Shown piece after piece: positions 10,366 to 21,542 of a DNA stretch of 39,370 bases. The position numbers and the translations under genes are program-made. The DNA comes from Actinomycetota bacterium. GTDB taxonomy: Bacteria; Actinomycetota; Actinomycetes; S36-B12. Below the pieces are notes generated by a model. The model saw nothing but the letters and a program-made list of their open reading frames with translations, ran no database searches and had not been told where the DNA came from. The stretch is taken from positions 1 to 39,370 of the forward strand of contig WLNQ01000003.1 in NCBI GenBank assembly GCA_009699705.1, given 5' to 3'. Positions within the stretch are counted from its first letter, which is position 1; every line of letters starts with the position of its first letter.

Positions 10366-10467
10366 CTAGCCTTGACTCTTCATTAGCCGAAAAACAATGA
10401 CAAAACAGACTCCAGTGGCAAGGGCGAGCGCCCCAATGAGGAGGCTCGTGTAGACGGTTTCAAGCAT
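10366..10467 (-). CDS. 33-aa single-TM small membrane protein
   Basis: Not in ORF track: MLETVYTSLLIGALALATGVCFVIVFRLMKSQG*; TAGGCT-N7-ATG leaderless start; stop 6 nt before the nitrobindin ATG. Confidence 0.75.
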   Translation of the reverse strand: MLETVYTSLLIGALALATGVCFVIVFRLMKSQG

Positions 10468-10486
10468 GTAGGGCAGCCTACCTCTC

Positions 10487-10861
10487 ATGAGTGCGAATAG
10501 CCGGACCCGATTAGTCCTGAAAATCACGGCCGGACAAGAGGATGCTGAGCGTTGCGCTCAAGGCTTCACAGTTGCGGCCACGGCAGCGGCTTCGGGGGTC
10601 CAGGTGTCGTTATGGCTCACAGGCGAAGCGGCCTGGTTTGCACTACCCGGTCGAGCAAGCAAATTTGACCTGGCTCACGCAGCTCCGCTCAACGACTTAT
10701 TAGCTGCAGTTCTGGAAACCGGAACAGTTACCTTGTGCTCGCAGTGTGCACAGCGTCGCAACATCAATCCAGATCAAATAATTTCTGGAATCCGCATCGC
10801 CGGAGCCGCAACTTTTGTGGAAGAAATTCTCGCGCCAGATACTCAAGCGCTGGTGTACTAG
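10487..10861 (+). CDS. DsrE family protein
   Basis: K.TAG..D.ERC.Q.FTVAA.A, VSLWLTGE, C.QCA.RR, IAGAA.FV.E. Confidence 0.88.
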   Translation: MSANSRTRLVLKITAGQEDAERCAQGFTVAATAAASGVQVSLWLTGEAAWFALPGRASKFDLAHAAPLNDLLAAVLETGTVTLCSQCAQRRNINPDQIISGIRIAGAATFVEEILAPDTQALVY

Positions 10862-10865
10862 GAAA

Positions 10866-11330
10866 TTACGCGCTTACTGAACGTGAAAATACTCGCTTGC
10901 CGATCAGGAACATTTCGCAACCAAGGCAGAAACCAAAAGCCGAATTGAGAAATGCTGCAGCGAGCGCAAATGCCACTGCGACATATGCAATTGCCGAGAT
11001 TCCAGTGGCTAACCCGATAAGTGCCACCGCAGTGAAGATAAAACCTACGAGTGCGGCAAAGCGCGGAGGCGCAATCGCTTCAAATTCAGAAGCCGGTGCG
11101 ATCCGTGGCTGAACAACCTTGCGGAAGATAATTCCGTAGGGCTGAGCCTTAAGCCCAACAAACGCACCCAATCCAAAAACGACGGTCTGGATGATGAGCA
11201 GAACGGCCGCAACAGCAGTGCCAATCGTCAACAATGAAATGGCAAGCACCACGACTGTGATCCCCGCGGCAAAGCGTGGACCACGAACATCGACTTCTAC
11301 CTGTGGATCACAAATCGCTGAGGAAGACAT
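10866..11330 (-). CDS. DUF4395 membrane protein
   Basis: DVRGPRFAA, PPRFA..VG, AAFLN.AFGFCLGCE. Confidence 0.9.
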   Translation of the reverse strand: MSSSAICDPQVEVDVRGPRFAAGITVVVLAISLLTIGTAVAAVLLIIQTVVFGLGAFVGLKAQPYGIIFRKVVQPRIAPASEFEAIAPPRFAALVGFIFTAVALIGLATGISAIAYVAVAFALAAAFLNSAFGFCLGCEMFLIGKRVFSRSVSA

Positions 11331-11404
11331 GCCTCAAGGAGAACACAGTGACTCCCCCACAACAAGGTTAAAAAAAGTTGGTGCGAAACCTTTGCAGCAG
11401 GGCC

Positions 11405-11899
11405 TCACACCACCTCGCCTAGGGCAGCGATGACATCGGCTTTTCGGGGCAAGCCGACGGCCTTTTTCGTAATCCGGCCTTGGGAATCAAGTACAAGCAC
11501 AGTTGGGGTGCGCCGAATATCGAGCTTACGCACCAGGTCGAGGTGCGCCTCCGCGTCGATTTCAACATGAGTAGTGCCCGTAATCATGGATGTCACCTCG
11601 TCAAGAATGCGGCGGGTGGCGCGGCAGGGCTGACAAAATGCCGTTGAGAATTGCACGATGGTCGCCCGCTCGCCGAGCTGGGATCCAAGCATTTCAGCGG
11701 TCAATTGCTCGCCGCCGTGTTCGCCGGCCGAAGCAGTCAACACATCGACCTCAGGGTCATCATCAGCAACGGGAACTGGCGCTCCTAGCGCGACCGACTT
11801 CATTTGCCCATCGGTTTTTTTGCGCCACAGCCCAAATGCAGAGGCAATAAGGAGTACGGCCAGGAGCAGAACTAGTCCGAGCATCGTGACAATCCCCAT
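11405..11899 (-). CDS. Membrane-anchored thioredoxin-like protein (ThiX-like)
   Basis: N-terminal TM, QFSTAFCQPCR (CxxC), cis-Pro motif TPT. Confidence 0.88.
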   Translation of the reverse strand: MGIVTMLGLVLLLAVLLIASAFGLWRKKTDGQMKSVALGAPVPVADDDPEVDVLTASAGEHGGEQLTAEMLGSQLGERATIVQFSTAFCQPCRATRRILDEVTSMITGTTHVEIDAEAHLDLVRKLDIRRTPTVLVLDSQGRITKKAVGLPRKADVIAALGEVV

Positions 11900-12672
11900 T
11901 TCGCAATCTCGTCGATCGTTGCCATATCTACTGCAGCTTCAGCATGCCCGATGCCATCAAGGAGCCAAAGGTCGGCATCTGGATTGCCGCTGGTCACTGC
12001 TGCACGGTAGATCGCATTGGGATGCTCAACTGGGAAATACCGATCGGCCGTTCCGTGCACCACAAGTAAAGGGGTGTGGCCTAACTTGCTTGCGGCCACA
12101 ACCGGCTCGATAGGCCTCGGGGTCGGCCAAACGTCTGGGCGAATTCTGGTATTTCGAATCCTGAGCAAACCTCGGCCGGTGCGAGTTTCCACCAGCCAAT
12201 GCAAGCCGCGCATCACCGGTGTGCCTCGGTAGTACCAAAAGGCCGGACCACTTACCGCCACAACCGCGTCCACAGGCGAATGCAGGATCGGGTCATTGAC
12301 TGTGCCGTGGGCCGGATCAAGTGCCAATGCTGCCTGCCTAATACAGACCGCGGCACCCAGCGAAAACCCCACCGAAATCACTGTGGTGAAGCCCAAGTCA
12401 CGAGCCCAAGAGATTGCGGCATCTACGTCAAGCACTTCCAACATGCCTACCGTTGATTCGCCGCCTGAACGGCCATGGCCTCGAAGGTCCAAAGTGATGA
12501 CCGATCCGTAGGCGGCCAACCGGCCCGCGATGGCACGCACCTGTTCATGTTGGCCATGTCCAGAGAATCCATGCACCACTACAAAAGCCACTGATCCAGC
12601 TCCTGGAGTCAGTGTGATGGCCAGCTGGACTCCATCGGCAGCCACCAGCGTGGCCGACGTGGGAAGGTTCAT
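11872..12672 (-). CDS. Alpha/beta hydrolase
   Basis: HGF, D.RGHG.SGG, GFSLG nucleophile elbow, HG..D, GHAE; GACAAT-N6-ATG start. Confidence 0.88.
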   Translation of the reverse strand: MNLPTSATLVAADGVQLAITLTPGAGSVAFVVVHGFSGHGQHEQVRAIAGRLAAYGSVITLDLRGHGRSGGESTVGMLEVLDVDAAISWARDLGFTTVISVGFSLGAAVCIRQAALALDPAHGTVNDPILHSPVDAVVAVSGPAFWYYRGTPVMRGLHWLVETRTGRGLLRIRNTRIRPDVWPTPRPIEPVVAASKLGHTPLLVVHGTADRYFPVEHPNAIYRAAVTSGNPDADLWLLDGIGHAEAAVDMATIDEIAKWGLSRCSD

Positions 12673-12713
12673 GGGAGCATTGTCTCGCAACAACCGTGAG
12701 GGAGGTGAACGAG

Positions 12714-13454
12714 TTGAGAATCGTTTTACTCACTCGAGCCCTGGAATCTTCCGCTGAAGTACTTCCGGCTCTCATGCTCCTCACCCACCAAGTGCGAACG
12801 TTGCCTGCTGAACCGACCGCTCTTTTGAACGCTCCTGAGTGCGATGTGCTCTTGGTTGATGGCCGGCGCGATTTACCAGCAGTTCGCGGTTTAACTCGGC
12901 TCCTGCAGCAAACGGGCATCAGTGCACCCCTAGTGCTTGTCACCACTGAAGGTGGCTTGTCGGCAATCCAATGGGATTGGGGTATCGATGAAGTGCTTCT
13001 CGACACCGCTTCACCTGCGGAAGTTGAAGCCCGGTTGCGCCTTGCTGCATCTCGCTCTGTTCCTGAAATGGATTCACACGCACCAGACAGTGAAGAGATC
13101 CGAAGCGGTCAGTTGACGATCGATGAAGGTACCTACACCGCGAAATTGCGTGGCAGAGCACTCGACCTCACTTTCAAAGAATTCGAACTCTTAAAATTCC
13201 TCGCCCAGCACCCCGGACGAGTGTTTACGCGTGCATTGTTGTTGCAGGAAGTTTGGGGCTACGACTACTTCGGCGGCACCCGTACCGTGGATGTACATGT
13301 TCGGCGTTTGCGCGCAAAACTGGGCGCTGAATACGAGGCCCTCATTGGAACCGTACGCAACGTCGGCTACCGATTTGTTCCACAGAATATGGATGAAGCC
13401 ACGATGGCCGTTCTCGAGGAAGCTGATCGAGAAGTTGAAGTTGGGCTGGACTAA
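12714..13454 (+). CDS. glnR: Nitrogen regulator GlnR (orphan OmpR family)
   Basis: [62 protein letters not shown]; GGAGG 8 nt before TTG 12714; upstream of mshD. Confidence 0.88.
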   Translation: MRIVLLTRALESSAEVLPALMLLTHQVRTLPAEPTALLNAPECDVLLVDGRRDLPAVRGLTRLLQQTGISAPLVLVTTEGGLSAIQWDWGIDEVLLDTASPAEVEARLRLAASRSVPEMDSHAPDSEEIRSGQLTIDEGTYTAKLRGRALDLTFKEFELLKFLAQHPGRVFTRALLLQEVWGYDYFGGTRTVDVHVRRLRAKLGAEYEALIGTVRNVGYRFVPQNMDEATMAVLEEADREVEVGLD

Positions 13455-13456
13455 CT

Positions 13457-14395
13457 GTGGATGGCCTGCAAATTGTCTCAAAGTTGAACGTTGATCAAAT
13501 AGCAAAAGCTGTTGACCTCATTGACGCTATTGCACTCCACGATGGGCTTTCTCCCGTTTCGGAACATGTCTTTTTGCACTTGCGCCACGGCGGCGACGAT
13601 CAAAGCCTGCACTTCCTGCTGTCACACAATGACGAGCTCATCGGGTACGCACATCTGGATGTCACGGACAAGGTCGAAGGTCCAATCACTGAAATAGCTC
13701 TCGCGCCACAACACCGCAGCCAAGCCGTCGGCACTGAATTGATCAAGGAGATTATTGGTGCGACGCCTTCGGGCGACCTACGTATGTGGGCGCATGGCGA
13801 CCAGTCAGTGGCTGGCGTTTGGGCTCAAGACATGGGTTTTCGCCATATCCGTACGCTCTTGCAGATGCGTCGATCTTTACTAGCTCCGCTACCCCAAGCG
13901 GTCTTCACTGATGATGTTGAACTTCGCACATTTCTTCCTGGCCAAGATGATGAAGAATGGGTTGCCATGAACGCTCTCGCATTCGCTCACCATGGCGAAC
14001 AAGGCGACTGGACCATCGAAGATCTTCATCAGCGCATGGATGAGCCCTGGTTTTCCGTGCCCGGTTTCTTCGTTGCCCAAGACCGAGAAACAAAAAAAAT
14101 GCTCGGTTTCCACTGGACAAAAATTCATGGCTTAGTCGATGAACCCGGCAGCGATGCTCACATTCACGATGCCATCGGCGAGGTCTATGTCGTTGGTGTA
14201 GATCCAAACTTGCAAGGCAAAGGCCTCGGTAAAGCGCTCACGCTCGCTGGGCTACATCACCTGCGATCATGCGGCTTATCGCAATGCATGCTCTATGTAG
14301 ATGCCACCAACACCTCAGCGATCAAGCTCTACGAAGCCCTGGGATTTGCCCGCTGGGACGCAGATGTCATGTATCGACATGAAGTGGCCATCTAG
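13457..14395 (+). CDS. mshD: Mycothiol synthase
   Basis: Tandem GNAT domains: WAHG, AFAHH.EQG.W, GFHWTK.H, GEVYVVGVDP..QG.GLG. Confidence 0.95.
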   Translation: MDGLQIVSKLNVDQIAKAVDLIDAIALHDGLSPVSEHVFLHLRHGGDDQSLHFLLSHNDELIGYAHLDVTDKVEGPITEIALAPQHRSQAVGTELIKEIIGATPSGDLRMWAHGDQSVAGVWAQDMGFRHIRTLLQMRRSLLAPLPQAVFTDDVELRTFLPGQDDEEWVAMNALAFAHHGEQGDWTIEDLHQRMDEPWFSVPGFFVAQDRETKKMLGFHWTKIHGLVDEPGSDAHIHDAIGEVYVVGVDPNLQGKGLGKALTLAGLHHLRSCGLSQCMLYVDATNTSAIKLYEALGFARWDADVMYRHEVAI

Positions 14396-14435
14396 CGGCC
14401 AAGAATTGTTCATCTGAATATGACACGATGCGCAA

Positions 14436-16514
14436 GTGAGTATTGAGACACCAGCGCTTCCTAAAGATCGATTCTTGGACCGAGAACTATCTTGGCTTGC
14501 TTTCAATCAGCGAGTTCTTGAGCTTGCCGAGGATCAAAATCTCCCAATTCTGGAACGCACGAAGTTCTTGGCAATTTTCGCCAGCAACCTCGATGAGTTC
14601 TTTATGGTTCGCGTGGCAGGGCTTAAGCGACGCATCGCAACCGGCATGGCTGTGCGATCCGCGAGCGGCTTCAACCCGAAAGAAGTTCTTGAGTCAATCT
14701 GGGAACGAGCGCATGCGCTTCAGCGCGAGCATGCTCAAGTTTTCCAAGGCGAAATTCTTCCAGGTTTGCTTGCCAACGGGATTGAGCTCCTGCGTTACGA
14801 GCAAATCTCCCAAGATGAGCGCATCTCGCTCGATTCCTTTTTTCACGCGCAAGTCTTCCCAGTACTTACCCCACTTGCTGTTGACCCCTCGCACCCCTTT
14901 CCTTACATCAGCGGGCTCTCACTGAATCTGGCTGTTGTTGTACGAAATCCCATCACTGGCAACGAACTCTTTGCTCGCGTGAAAGTGCCACCTTCATTGC
15001 CACGCTTCGTTGCTTTAGGGTCGCAGCGTTTCGTGCCATTAGAAGACTTAATAGCCGAACACCTAAATGAGCTCTTCCCTGGTATGCAAATCCTTCAACA
15101 TCACAGTTTCCGAGTGACTCGAAATGAAGATGTGGAAGTTGAAGAAGATGATGCAGAGAATCTGCTGCTCGCCCTTGAGCGCGAACTCATGCGTCGCCGT
15201 TTTGGTCCACCTGTGCGCCTTGAAGTTGAAGCCTCAATCGATCCGTACGTGCTCGAACTCTTAATTAGCGAACTCGACGTCACCGCTAACGAAGTGTTTA
15301 GTTTGCCCGGACCACTAGACCTCACTGGCCTGTGGGCATTTGTCGATCTTGATCGCCAAGATTTGAAACAGCCGCGCTTTGTGGGCCGCACTTCACGTCA
15401 ACTTTCTGAAGTTGAGTCTTCCACTCCACCCGATATTTTTGCAGTGGTGCGCGAACATGATGTGTTGTTGCACCATCCATATGACTCGTTTAGCACCAGC
15501 GTGCAACTCTTCTTAGAGCAAGCCGCTAATGACCCCCATGTCTTGGCTATCAAGCAGACCCTTTACCGCACATCAGGGGATTCACCCATCGTGGATTCAC
15601 TCATCACCGCAGCGCAAAATGGCAAACAAGTTCTAGCAATCGTTGAGATTAAGGCCCGCTTCGATGAGCAAAACAACATCGACTGGAGCCGCAAACTCGA
15701 GCAAGCAGGCGTGCATGTGGTCTACGGTCTGGTCGGTCTAAAAACCCATGTCAAAGCCTCGATGGTTGTCCGAAATGATGGCGATCAGCTTCGCCGTTAC
15801 TGCCACCTTGGCACGGGAAACTACCATCCAAAAACCGCTCGTCTCTATGAAGACATGGGGCTTTTAACCTGCTCACCAGATGTTGGCGAGGATATTTCAA
15901 ATCTCTTCAATGTGTTGTCGGGTTATTCGATGAACACCACTTACTCACGCTTAATGGTCGCCCCACACTCTGTGCGCACCGGACTCATTGAGCGGATTGA
16001 TCGCGAAATAAGTAATCACCTCGCTGGCTTGCCTTCAGGGATTCGCATCAAGTGCAACGCCCTGGTAGATGAACCTGTGATTGATGCGCTGTATCGGGCT
16101 GCATCCGTTGGTGTACCTATTCAGGTCTTTGTTCGAGGTATCTGTGCCCTGCGTCCGGGCGTTCCTGGATTAAGCGAGACCGTCCGTGTCATTAGCATCT
16201 TGGGTAGGTTCCTTGAGCATTCACGAGCATTCTGTTTTGAAAACGGCGGGGATCGTGAAGTGTGGATCGGTTCTGCCGACATGATGCACCGAAACCTTGA
16301 TCGTCGCGTTGAGACACTTGTTCGCCTTGTCGAACCTTCGCAGATTGCTTGGCTAAACGATCTCTTCGATATGGCGATGAGTCCGAATTTCGCCTCATGG
16401 GAACTGGATTCCAATGGGGAATGGACAAGGCATCTCAAAGCTGATGACGGATCCTTACTTCTTGACTATCAAGAAACGTTGATTGCTCGCACACGGCCAA
16501 CCGGAACACTGTGA
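14436..16514 (+). CDS. ppk1: Polyphosphate kinase 1
   Basis: [74 protein letters not shown]. Confidence 0.97.
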   Translation: MSIETPALPKDRFLDRELSWLAFNQRVLELAEDQNLPILERTKFLAIFASNLDEFFMVRVAGLKRRIATGMAVRSASGFNPKEVLESIWERAHALQREHAQVFQGEILPGLLANGIELLRYEQISQDERISLDSFFHAQVFPVLTPLAVDPSHPFPYISGLSLNLAVVVRNPITGNELFARVKVPPSLPRFVALGSQRFVPLEDLIAEHLNELFPGMQILQHHSFRVTRNEDVEVEEDDAENLLLALERELMRRRFGPPVRLEVEASIDPYVLELLISELDVTANEVFSLPGPLDLTGLWAFVDLDRQDLKQPRFVGRTSRQLSEVESSTPPDIFAVVREHDVLLHHPYDSFSTSVQLFLEQAANDPHVLAIKQTLYRTSGDSPIVDSLITAAQNGKQVLAIVEIKARFDEQNNIDWSRKLEQAGVHVVYGLVGLKTHVKASMVVRNDGDQLRRYCHLGTGNYHPKTARLYEDMGLLTCSPDVGEDISNLFNVLSGYSMNTTYSRLMVAPHSVRTGLIERIDREISNHLAGLPSGIRIKCNALVDEPVIDALYRAASVGVPIQVFVRGICALRPGVPGLSETVRVISILGRFLEHSRAFCFENGGDREVWIGSADMMHRNLDRRVETLVRLVEPSQIAWLNDLFDMAMSPNFASWELDSNGEWTRHLKADDGSLLLDYQETLIARTRPTGTL

Positions 16515-18049
16515 GCAACCCAACCACACACCGCGAGGTGGAACTTAAGTTCAGAGTTCACCCGCTTTTTGTACTTCCTGACTTATCAAGTTTGGCAGCC
16601 AGAGTTGAGGAGCAACCGGCAATCAACTTAACCGCCGTCTATCACGACACTGAAGAACTGTCGCTTTTTCGCTGGCGAGTGACCATGCGCAGGCGCGAGG
16701 GCGGCCTTGATGCGGGTTGGCATCTCAAATTACCTGTGCCAGATGCCCATGAAGGCGTTCGCGATGAACTCCACGCACCGTTGAATGCTGGCGCTGTTGG
16801 CCAGGTCCCTGCAGAACTTGTCGACATCATCGCGCCACTCATCCAAGATCAACCTTTAGCACCTGTTGTTGAACTCCGCACTAACCGCACTCCACACGTG
16901 TTCCTTTCCGACGATGGTCTCTCACTTATTGAACTTGTTGACGATGTTGTGCAGGTTCTCGACCGATCAGGTGTCGTGGTCTCGGTGTTTCGGGAAATCG
17001 AGATTGAACTTCAAGCCAACGATTCGCACCTCGCCAATCAAGTGATGTCGGCTGCCCGCGATGCGCTGATGGCTGCGGGGGCAGCTCCTAGTTCAATGAG
17101 TAAGGCCGCCTTGGCCCTTGGTCCGCGTGCTTCCGCACCAGCGGATGTCCCTGAGCTCCCAATGCCAGGCCCTACCGGGATGGCAGCTGATGCAATTCGA
17201 GCAACGATCGCCAGCCATGTACGTGATTTGGTTTTCGCTGACGTCGCGGTGCGACGCAACCTTCCCGATGCTGTGCATCAAGTTCGCGTCAGTGCGCGCC
17301 GGCTTCGCAGTGTGTTGCGAACCTTCGAACCGCTCCTCAACCGCGAGTGGTCATCCGGGCTCAGCGAGGAACTCGCTTGGCTTGCTGACGAAATGGGCCT
17401 CATTCGCGACAGCGAGGTTCTAGAAAAACGCCTGCTCGCACATGTCTCACTTATTCCACAGGAGTCCCAGCCCGCTGTTGCAGACTTTATAAAGCAAGCA
17501 CTCGATCGGCGGATTGCCGTGGCTCGACAAGGTGCGCTGGCTGCTATTCGCAGTGATCGCCATACCTATCTCGTGCAAGATCTCATTGAGGCGGCACGTG
17601 CGCCCAAACTTCTTGATGACGCCTATCAGGCCTGTGAAGAAGTTCTCCCCGAACTGGTGGCCAAGACTTGGCGAGTGCTGCGAAAGTCTTGCAGTTCACT
17701 TGAGCTGGGTGGCGCGGCACATGAATGGCATGTTGCTCGCATTAAAGCCAAGCGTGCCCGGTATGCCGTTGATTGCATTACGCCCATCTTTGGTGGGAAG
17801 GTCGGGAAGTTTGGCAAAGCGCTCTCGAGCATCACTGAAGTGCTTGGCGACCATCAAGATGCATTTGTGGCACAAGAATTCCTGCGTGAACTTGCCCAGC
17901 AGGATTCAACAAGTGGCAGCACAGGATATGCACTCGGCCTCCTGCACGGTGTTGAACTTGAAGCTGAAATGGATTCGCGATTCGAGTTCGTGGACCTGTG
18001 GGAGAAAACTCGTCACGCAGCACATAATTCAGGATTGATTTCATCATGA
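16511..18049 (+). CDS. CYTH + CHAD domain protein (polyphosphate-associated)
   Basis: EVELKF and RRREGG.D.GWHLKLP (CYTH); VHQVRV..RRLRS and H.ARI.AKRARY (CHAD); GTGA overlap with ppk1. Confidence 0.92.
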   Translation: MSNPTTHREVELKFRVHPLFVLPDLSSLAARVEEQPAINLTAVYHDTEELSLFRWRVTMRRREGGLDAGWHLKLPVPDAHEGVRDELHAPLNAGAVGQVPAELVDIIAPLIQDQPLAPVVELRTNRTPHVFLSDDGLSLIELVDDVVQVLDRSGVVVSVFREIEIELQANDSHLANQVMSAARDALMAAGAAPSSMSKAALALGPRASAPADVPELPMPGPTGMAADAIRATIASHVRDLVFADVAVRRNLPDAVHQVRVSARRLRSVLRTFEPLLNREWSSGLSEELAWLADEMGLIRDSEVLEKRLLAHVSLIPQESQPAVADFIKQALDRRIAVARQGALAAIRSDRHTYLVQDLIEAARAPKLLDDAYQACEEVLPELVAKTWRVLRKSCSSLELGGAAHEWHVARIKAKRARYAVDCITPIFGGKVGKFGKALSSITEVLGDHQDAFVAQEFLRELAQQDSTSGSTGYALGLLHGVELEAEMDSRFEFVDLWEKTRHAAHNSGLISS

Positions 18050-18969
18050 GTGAAACAAATTCCACTGAAGTCGTGCGCGCAGCCGGGGTCGTGCTCCTTC
18101 GCGGAACACAAGGGCGCTATGAAACTTTGGCAGTTCATCGCCCACATCGCAGCGACTGGTCTTTGCCCAAGGGAAAGATCGACCCAGGTGAGCATGTCAT
18201 CAGTGCCGCCATTCGCGAGTGTGACGAGGAAACCGGGATTCAGGCTGTTCTTGGTGCCCGGCTTCCCACCCAGAACTACACGGCACTTGGTCAATCCAAA
18301 ACGGTTGACTATTGGGTTGCACACCTGCGATCCGAAGAAGAATTCCAACCGAATGACGAAGTTGATGAACTGCGATGGGTGAACATTCAAAGCGCGCGGC
18401 ATTTGCTCACCTACGCCCACGACGTCACCTTGGTAGAGCAGGCTGCAACGCTGCCACCGACACAACCGCTCATTATTTTGCGCCACACCCAAGCAGTGAA
18501 ACGTTCGGACTTCGATGGTCGCCACGATTACGATCGTCCAATTAATGGCAAGGGCCGAAGCCAAGCTAAAAGTTTGATTCCACTCCTCGATGCCTACGGA
18601 ATTACGGCGGTCCATTCCTCTGATGCACAACGCTGCACCCAAAGCGTGAAGCGGTTTGCTAAGTCCATTCAAGTACCTGTGATCCCTGAGGCATCTCTTA
18701 GCGAAGAGCGCTTCTTGGAGAATCCAAAGCGCGTGGCAAGCCGAATGCGTGATCTCGCGAGTCAGCAACAACCGTTGGTTATTTGCTCTCACCGGCCAGT
18801 GATGCCAACAATTTTAGAGACTGTCGCGAAAACTTTAGGTGACGATCCATCGCGTCCGTACTGGGATCCCAAGCTCTCACCTGGATCCTTCATCGTGGTG
18901 CATCGGGCTTTCGCTCCGGATGGCACTCCACGTGTGGTGAGCGTCGAGCGTCACCAAATTGATGACTAA
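18046..18969 (+). CDS. mutT1: NUDIX hydrolase + histidine phosphatase domain (MutT1-like)
   Basis: PKGKIDPGE....AAIRECDEETG Nudix box; RH..A..R and CSH phosphatase motifs. Confidence 0.85.
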   Translation: MSETNSTEVVRAAGVVLLRGTQGRYETLAVHRPHRSDWSLPKGKIDPGEHVISAAIRECDEETGIQAVLGARLPTQNYTALGQSKTVDYWVAHLRSEEEFQPNDEVDELRWVNIQSARHLLTYAHDVTLVEQAATLPPTQPLIILRHTQAVKRSDFDGRHDYDRPINGKGRSQAKSLIPLLDAYGITAVHSSDAQRCTQSVKRFAKSIQVPVIPEASLSEERFLENPKRVASRMRDLASQQQPLVICSHRPVMPTILETVAKTLGDDPSRPYWDPKLSPGSFIVVHRAFAPDGTPRVVSVERHQIDD

Positions 18970-18973
18970 CGCG

Positions 18974-20260
18974 CTAAACGACGGCTATTGCAACGTGATG
19001 AGAAATCTTTCCTCTACTCAGTGAGACTACGCAAGCACCACGCTTCTTCAAGACAACGTCGGTCGCCTTTACTGAACAAATACGTGGGCTTTCCGAGATA
19101 GTTACAAGCTTGGCTTGACTGGTAATTCCGGCCCAGCTAGCAATCCTTTTCACTGGAATAACAGCTCCCAGCTTTCGTATCTTCGTGACACTGGAAAACT
19201 GTGGAGAAATACTCGCGACGGGTCCAGTCCCAAAAGAGTTTTTTCCGGCAACGGTAAAACTCAACTCTTGTCCGCTAGGTAACTCATCGAATTCGCAGGT
19301 GGTCGAGGCGGTGACGCACATTTGCCCGCTAGGTGCGGCGGTAACAGTCCAGATTGTTGAAGCCGATCCCGTGTTTGATGGAGCCTTCCAAGTGACGCCG
19401 ACTCTGCTTCCAAGGTTGGTTGCAACGAGTTCTGTCGGTGCTTCAGGTGCGGCCGTCGCGATACTCCCCTGCTGCTGCAGCCAAGGCAGAAACGAGGTGA
19501 TTCTCGTGTACAAACCTGGGTAGCCAGCTTTTGCACATTCGTTTCCACTACTGACAAGGCCAGCCAGAATCGGCACTGTTCCTTGGATAACTAGTGGGCC
19601 ACCGCTGTCGCCTTGGCAAGCATCAACGGCTCCAACGGGAGAACCGGCACAAACATCTTGTGCGGGATCCAGATCTGGGCCGTATTGCCCACATGGTTCA
19701 GCAGGTCCGGCAAGGACGCTCACTTCTGCTCGCATAAGTTGATCTGAAGTCGCCGCATTGCTTGGTGATGTGACACCCCAACCAGAGATCGTTCCCGCTG
19801 TTCCGGCTGCCGGCCAAGTGCTTGGCGTGACGCCAAAGGGTAGAGCGATCGGATACACCTTGCCAGTGATATCGACTGGCTTACCAAGGGTAATGACACC
19901 AATATCATTGGAGAAAGTACGCACATCAAAACTCGGGTTAGCATTCGTCGACGCCACCGGCATTTCTTGCGTCAAAGAACGTTCACTAGTTTTACTGATG
20001 CCAGCCCACACGCGGATGTCGTTTGCTGCATAACCGACTAAACAGTGTGCTGCGGTGACCACCATCGTTGGGGAAACCAATGAACCCGAACATTGAGAGG
20101 TGCCGCGCATCACGATGAACACTTGCCAAGGCGAGTTGTCAATTGAACCTGCGCTGCCACCAATAATCGCAGGCTTATGCAGTTGAGCTGCGCTCGCGCT
20201 TGCTGGATTGATCAAGACTGCACTCACCACAATGAGCGAAAATATGCTGAAGGCTTTCAT
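18974..20260 (-). CDS. Secreted trypsin-like (S1A) serine protease with FN3-like and Cys-paired C-terminal domains
   Basis: Signal peptide, [29 protein letters not shown]; W.AP...FTV.G.N..G.G FN3 pattern. Confidence 0.9.
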   Translation of the reverse strand: MKAFSIFSLIVVSAVLINPASASAAQLHKPAIIGGSAGSIDNSPWQVFIVMRGTSQCSGSLVSPTMVVTAAHCLVGYAANDIRVWAGISKTSERSLTQEMPVASTNANPSFDVRTFSNDIGVITLGKPVDITGKVYPIALPFGVTPSTWPAAGTAGTISGWGVTSPSNAATSDQLMRAEVSVLAGPAEPCGQYGPDLDPAQDVCAGSPVGAVDACQGDSGGPLVIQGTVPILAGLVSSGNECAKAGYPGLYTRITSFLPWLQQQGSIATAAPEAPTELVATNLGSRVGVTWKAPSNTGSASTIWTVTAAPSGQMCVTASTTCEFDELPSGQELSFTVAGKNSFGTGPVASISPQFSSVTKIRKLGAVIPVKRIASWAGITSQAKLVTISESPRICSVKATDVVLKKRGACVVSLSRGKISHHVAIAVV

Positions 20261-21480
20261 CGCTCAGCCAGGGTGCCTTTGCCTAGAACAACAATCCCGC
20301 CATCGCTAACGGTGTAAAGACCGCGATCGCGTTCAAGATCAACACCAATTTGTGCGCCATCTGGGATAACGGTGTTCTTATCAAGAATCGCTCTTCGAAC
20401 GACAGCATTCTTACCAATGCGCACACCCGGCATGATCACGCTGCCTTCAACATAGGCACCGGAACTAATTGAGACGTTCGAAGAAATTACGGACGTGCGC
20501 ACATGCGCACCAGAAATAATTGTTCCTGCGCCCACCATTGATTCGTGAGCATTGCCACCCTCGACAAACTTGGCAGGGGGTAACGACGGCAGGTTCGACA
20601 AGATCGGCCAGCGACGGTTGTAAAGATTGAAAATGGGATGCACGGAAACTAAATCCATGTGGGCATCGTGATAGGTATCAAGGGAACCCACGTCACGCCA
20701 ATAGCCGCTGTCTCGTTCGGTGGCACCGGGAACGATGTTGGTAGCAAAGTCATACACCTTTGCTACACCACGAGCGGTGAGCATCGGAATGATGTTGTGA
20801 CCCATGTCGTGCAAAGAAGACGGATCTGCTGCATCGACTCGCAGCGCTTCGAGTAACACGTCGGTGGAAAAAACGTAATTACCCATCGAGGCGTAACAGG
20901 ATTGATCGTCGCCTGGGATCGTTGGCGGATCAATGGGTTTTTCCAAGAAGTTGGCGATCGTCTCGCCGTCTGCTGCAGTTTGAATCACCCCGAAGTCTTT
21001 GGACTCGGCTTTAGGCATCCGAATACCCGCAACTGTTACGCCTGCCCCGGAAGCAATATGGGCTTCAATCATCTGCATGGGATCCATGCGATACACGTGA
21101 TCAGCACCGAAAACCACGACGTAATCCGGTTCTTCGTCATAGACCAAATTCAAACTTTGAAAAATTGCATCTGCACTGCCGGTGTACCAACGTGGGCCTA
21201 GGCGCTGTTGGGCTGGAACCGGAGTGACGTAATCGCCAAGCAACGTCGGCATCCGCCAAGTTTGCGTCACATGCCTATCCAGTGAATGTGACTTGTATTG
21301 GGTCAGCACGCATACGCGGCGCAGGCCAGCATTAATGAGATTCGAGAGGACAAAGTCGATCAAACGGTACGAACCGCCAAAGGGCACTGCTGGTTTAGCT
21401 CTGTCCCCAGTGAGGGGCATCAAACGCTTTCCCTCACCACCGGCGAGGACCATACACAGCACATGCGGTCCGCTACTCAC
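20257..21480 (-). CDS. glgC: Glucose-1-phosphate adenylyltransferase
   Basis: [52 protein letters not shown]. Confidence 0.97.
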   Translation of the reverse strand: MSSGPHVLCMVLAGGEGKRLMPLTGDRAKPAVPFGGSYRLIDFVLSNLINAGLRRVCVLTQYKSHSLDRHVTQTWRMPTLLGDYVTPVPAQQRLGPRWYTGSADAIFQSLNLVYDEEPDYVVVFGADHVYRMDPMQMIEAHIASGAGVTVAGIRMPKAESKDFGVIQTAADGETIANFLEKPIDPPTIPGDDQSCYASMGNYVFSTDVLLEALRVDAADPSSLHDMGHNIIPMLTARGVAKVYDFATNIVPGATERDSGYWRDVGSLDTYHDAHMDLVSVHPIFNLYNRRWPILSNLPSLPPAKFVEGGNAHESMVGAGTIISGAHVRTSVISSNVSISSGAYVEGSVIMPGVRIGKNAVVRRAILDKNTVIPDGAQIGVDLERDRGLYTVSDGGIVVLGKGTLAER

Positions 21481-21542
21481 CTAGTAACCATACTGCCCAA
21501 GTGGCCTCGCACTAAGTACAACTCAGTGCATATGCTCAGCGC

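Noticed and set aside
18013-18792. 259-aa minus-strand ORF
   Set aside because: Antisense to mutT1 with no recognisable motifs
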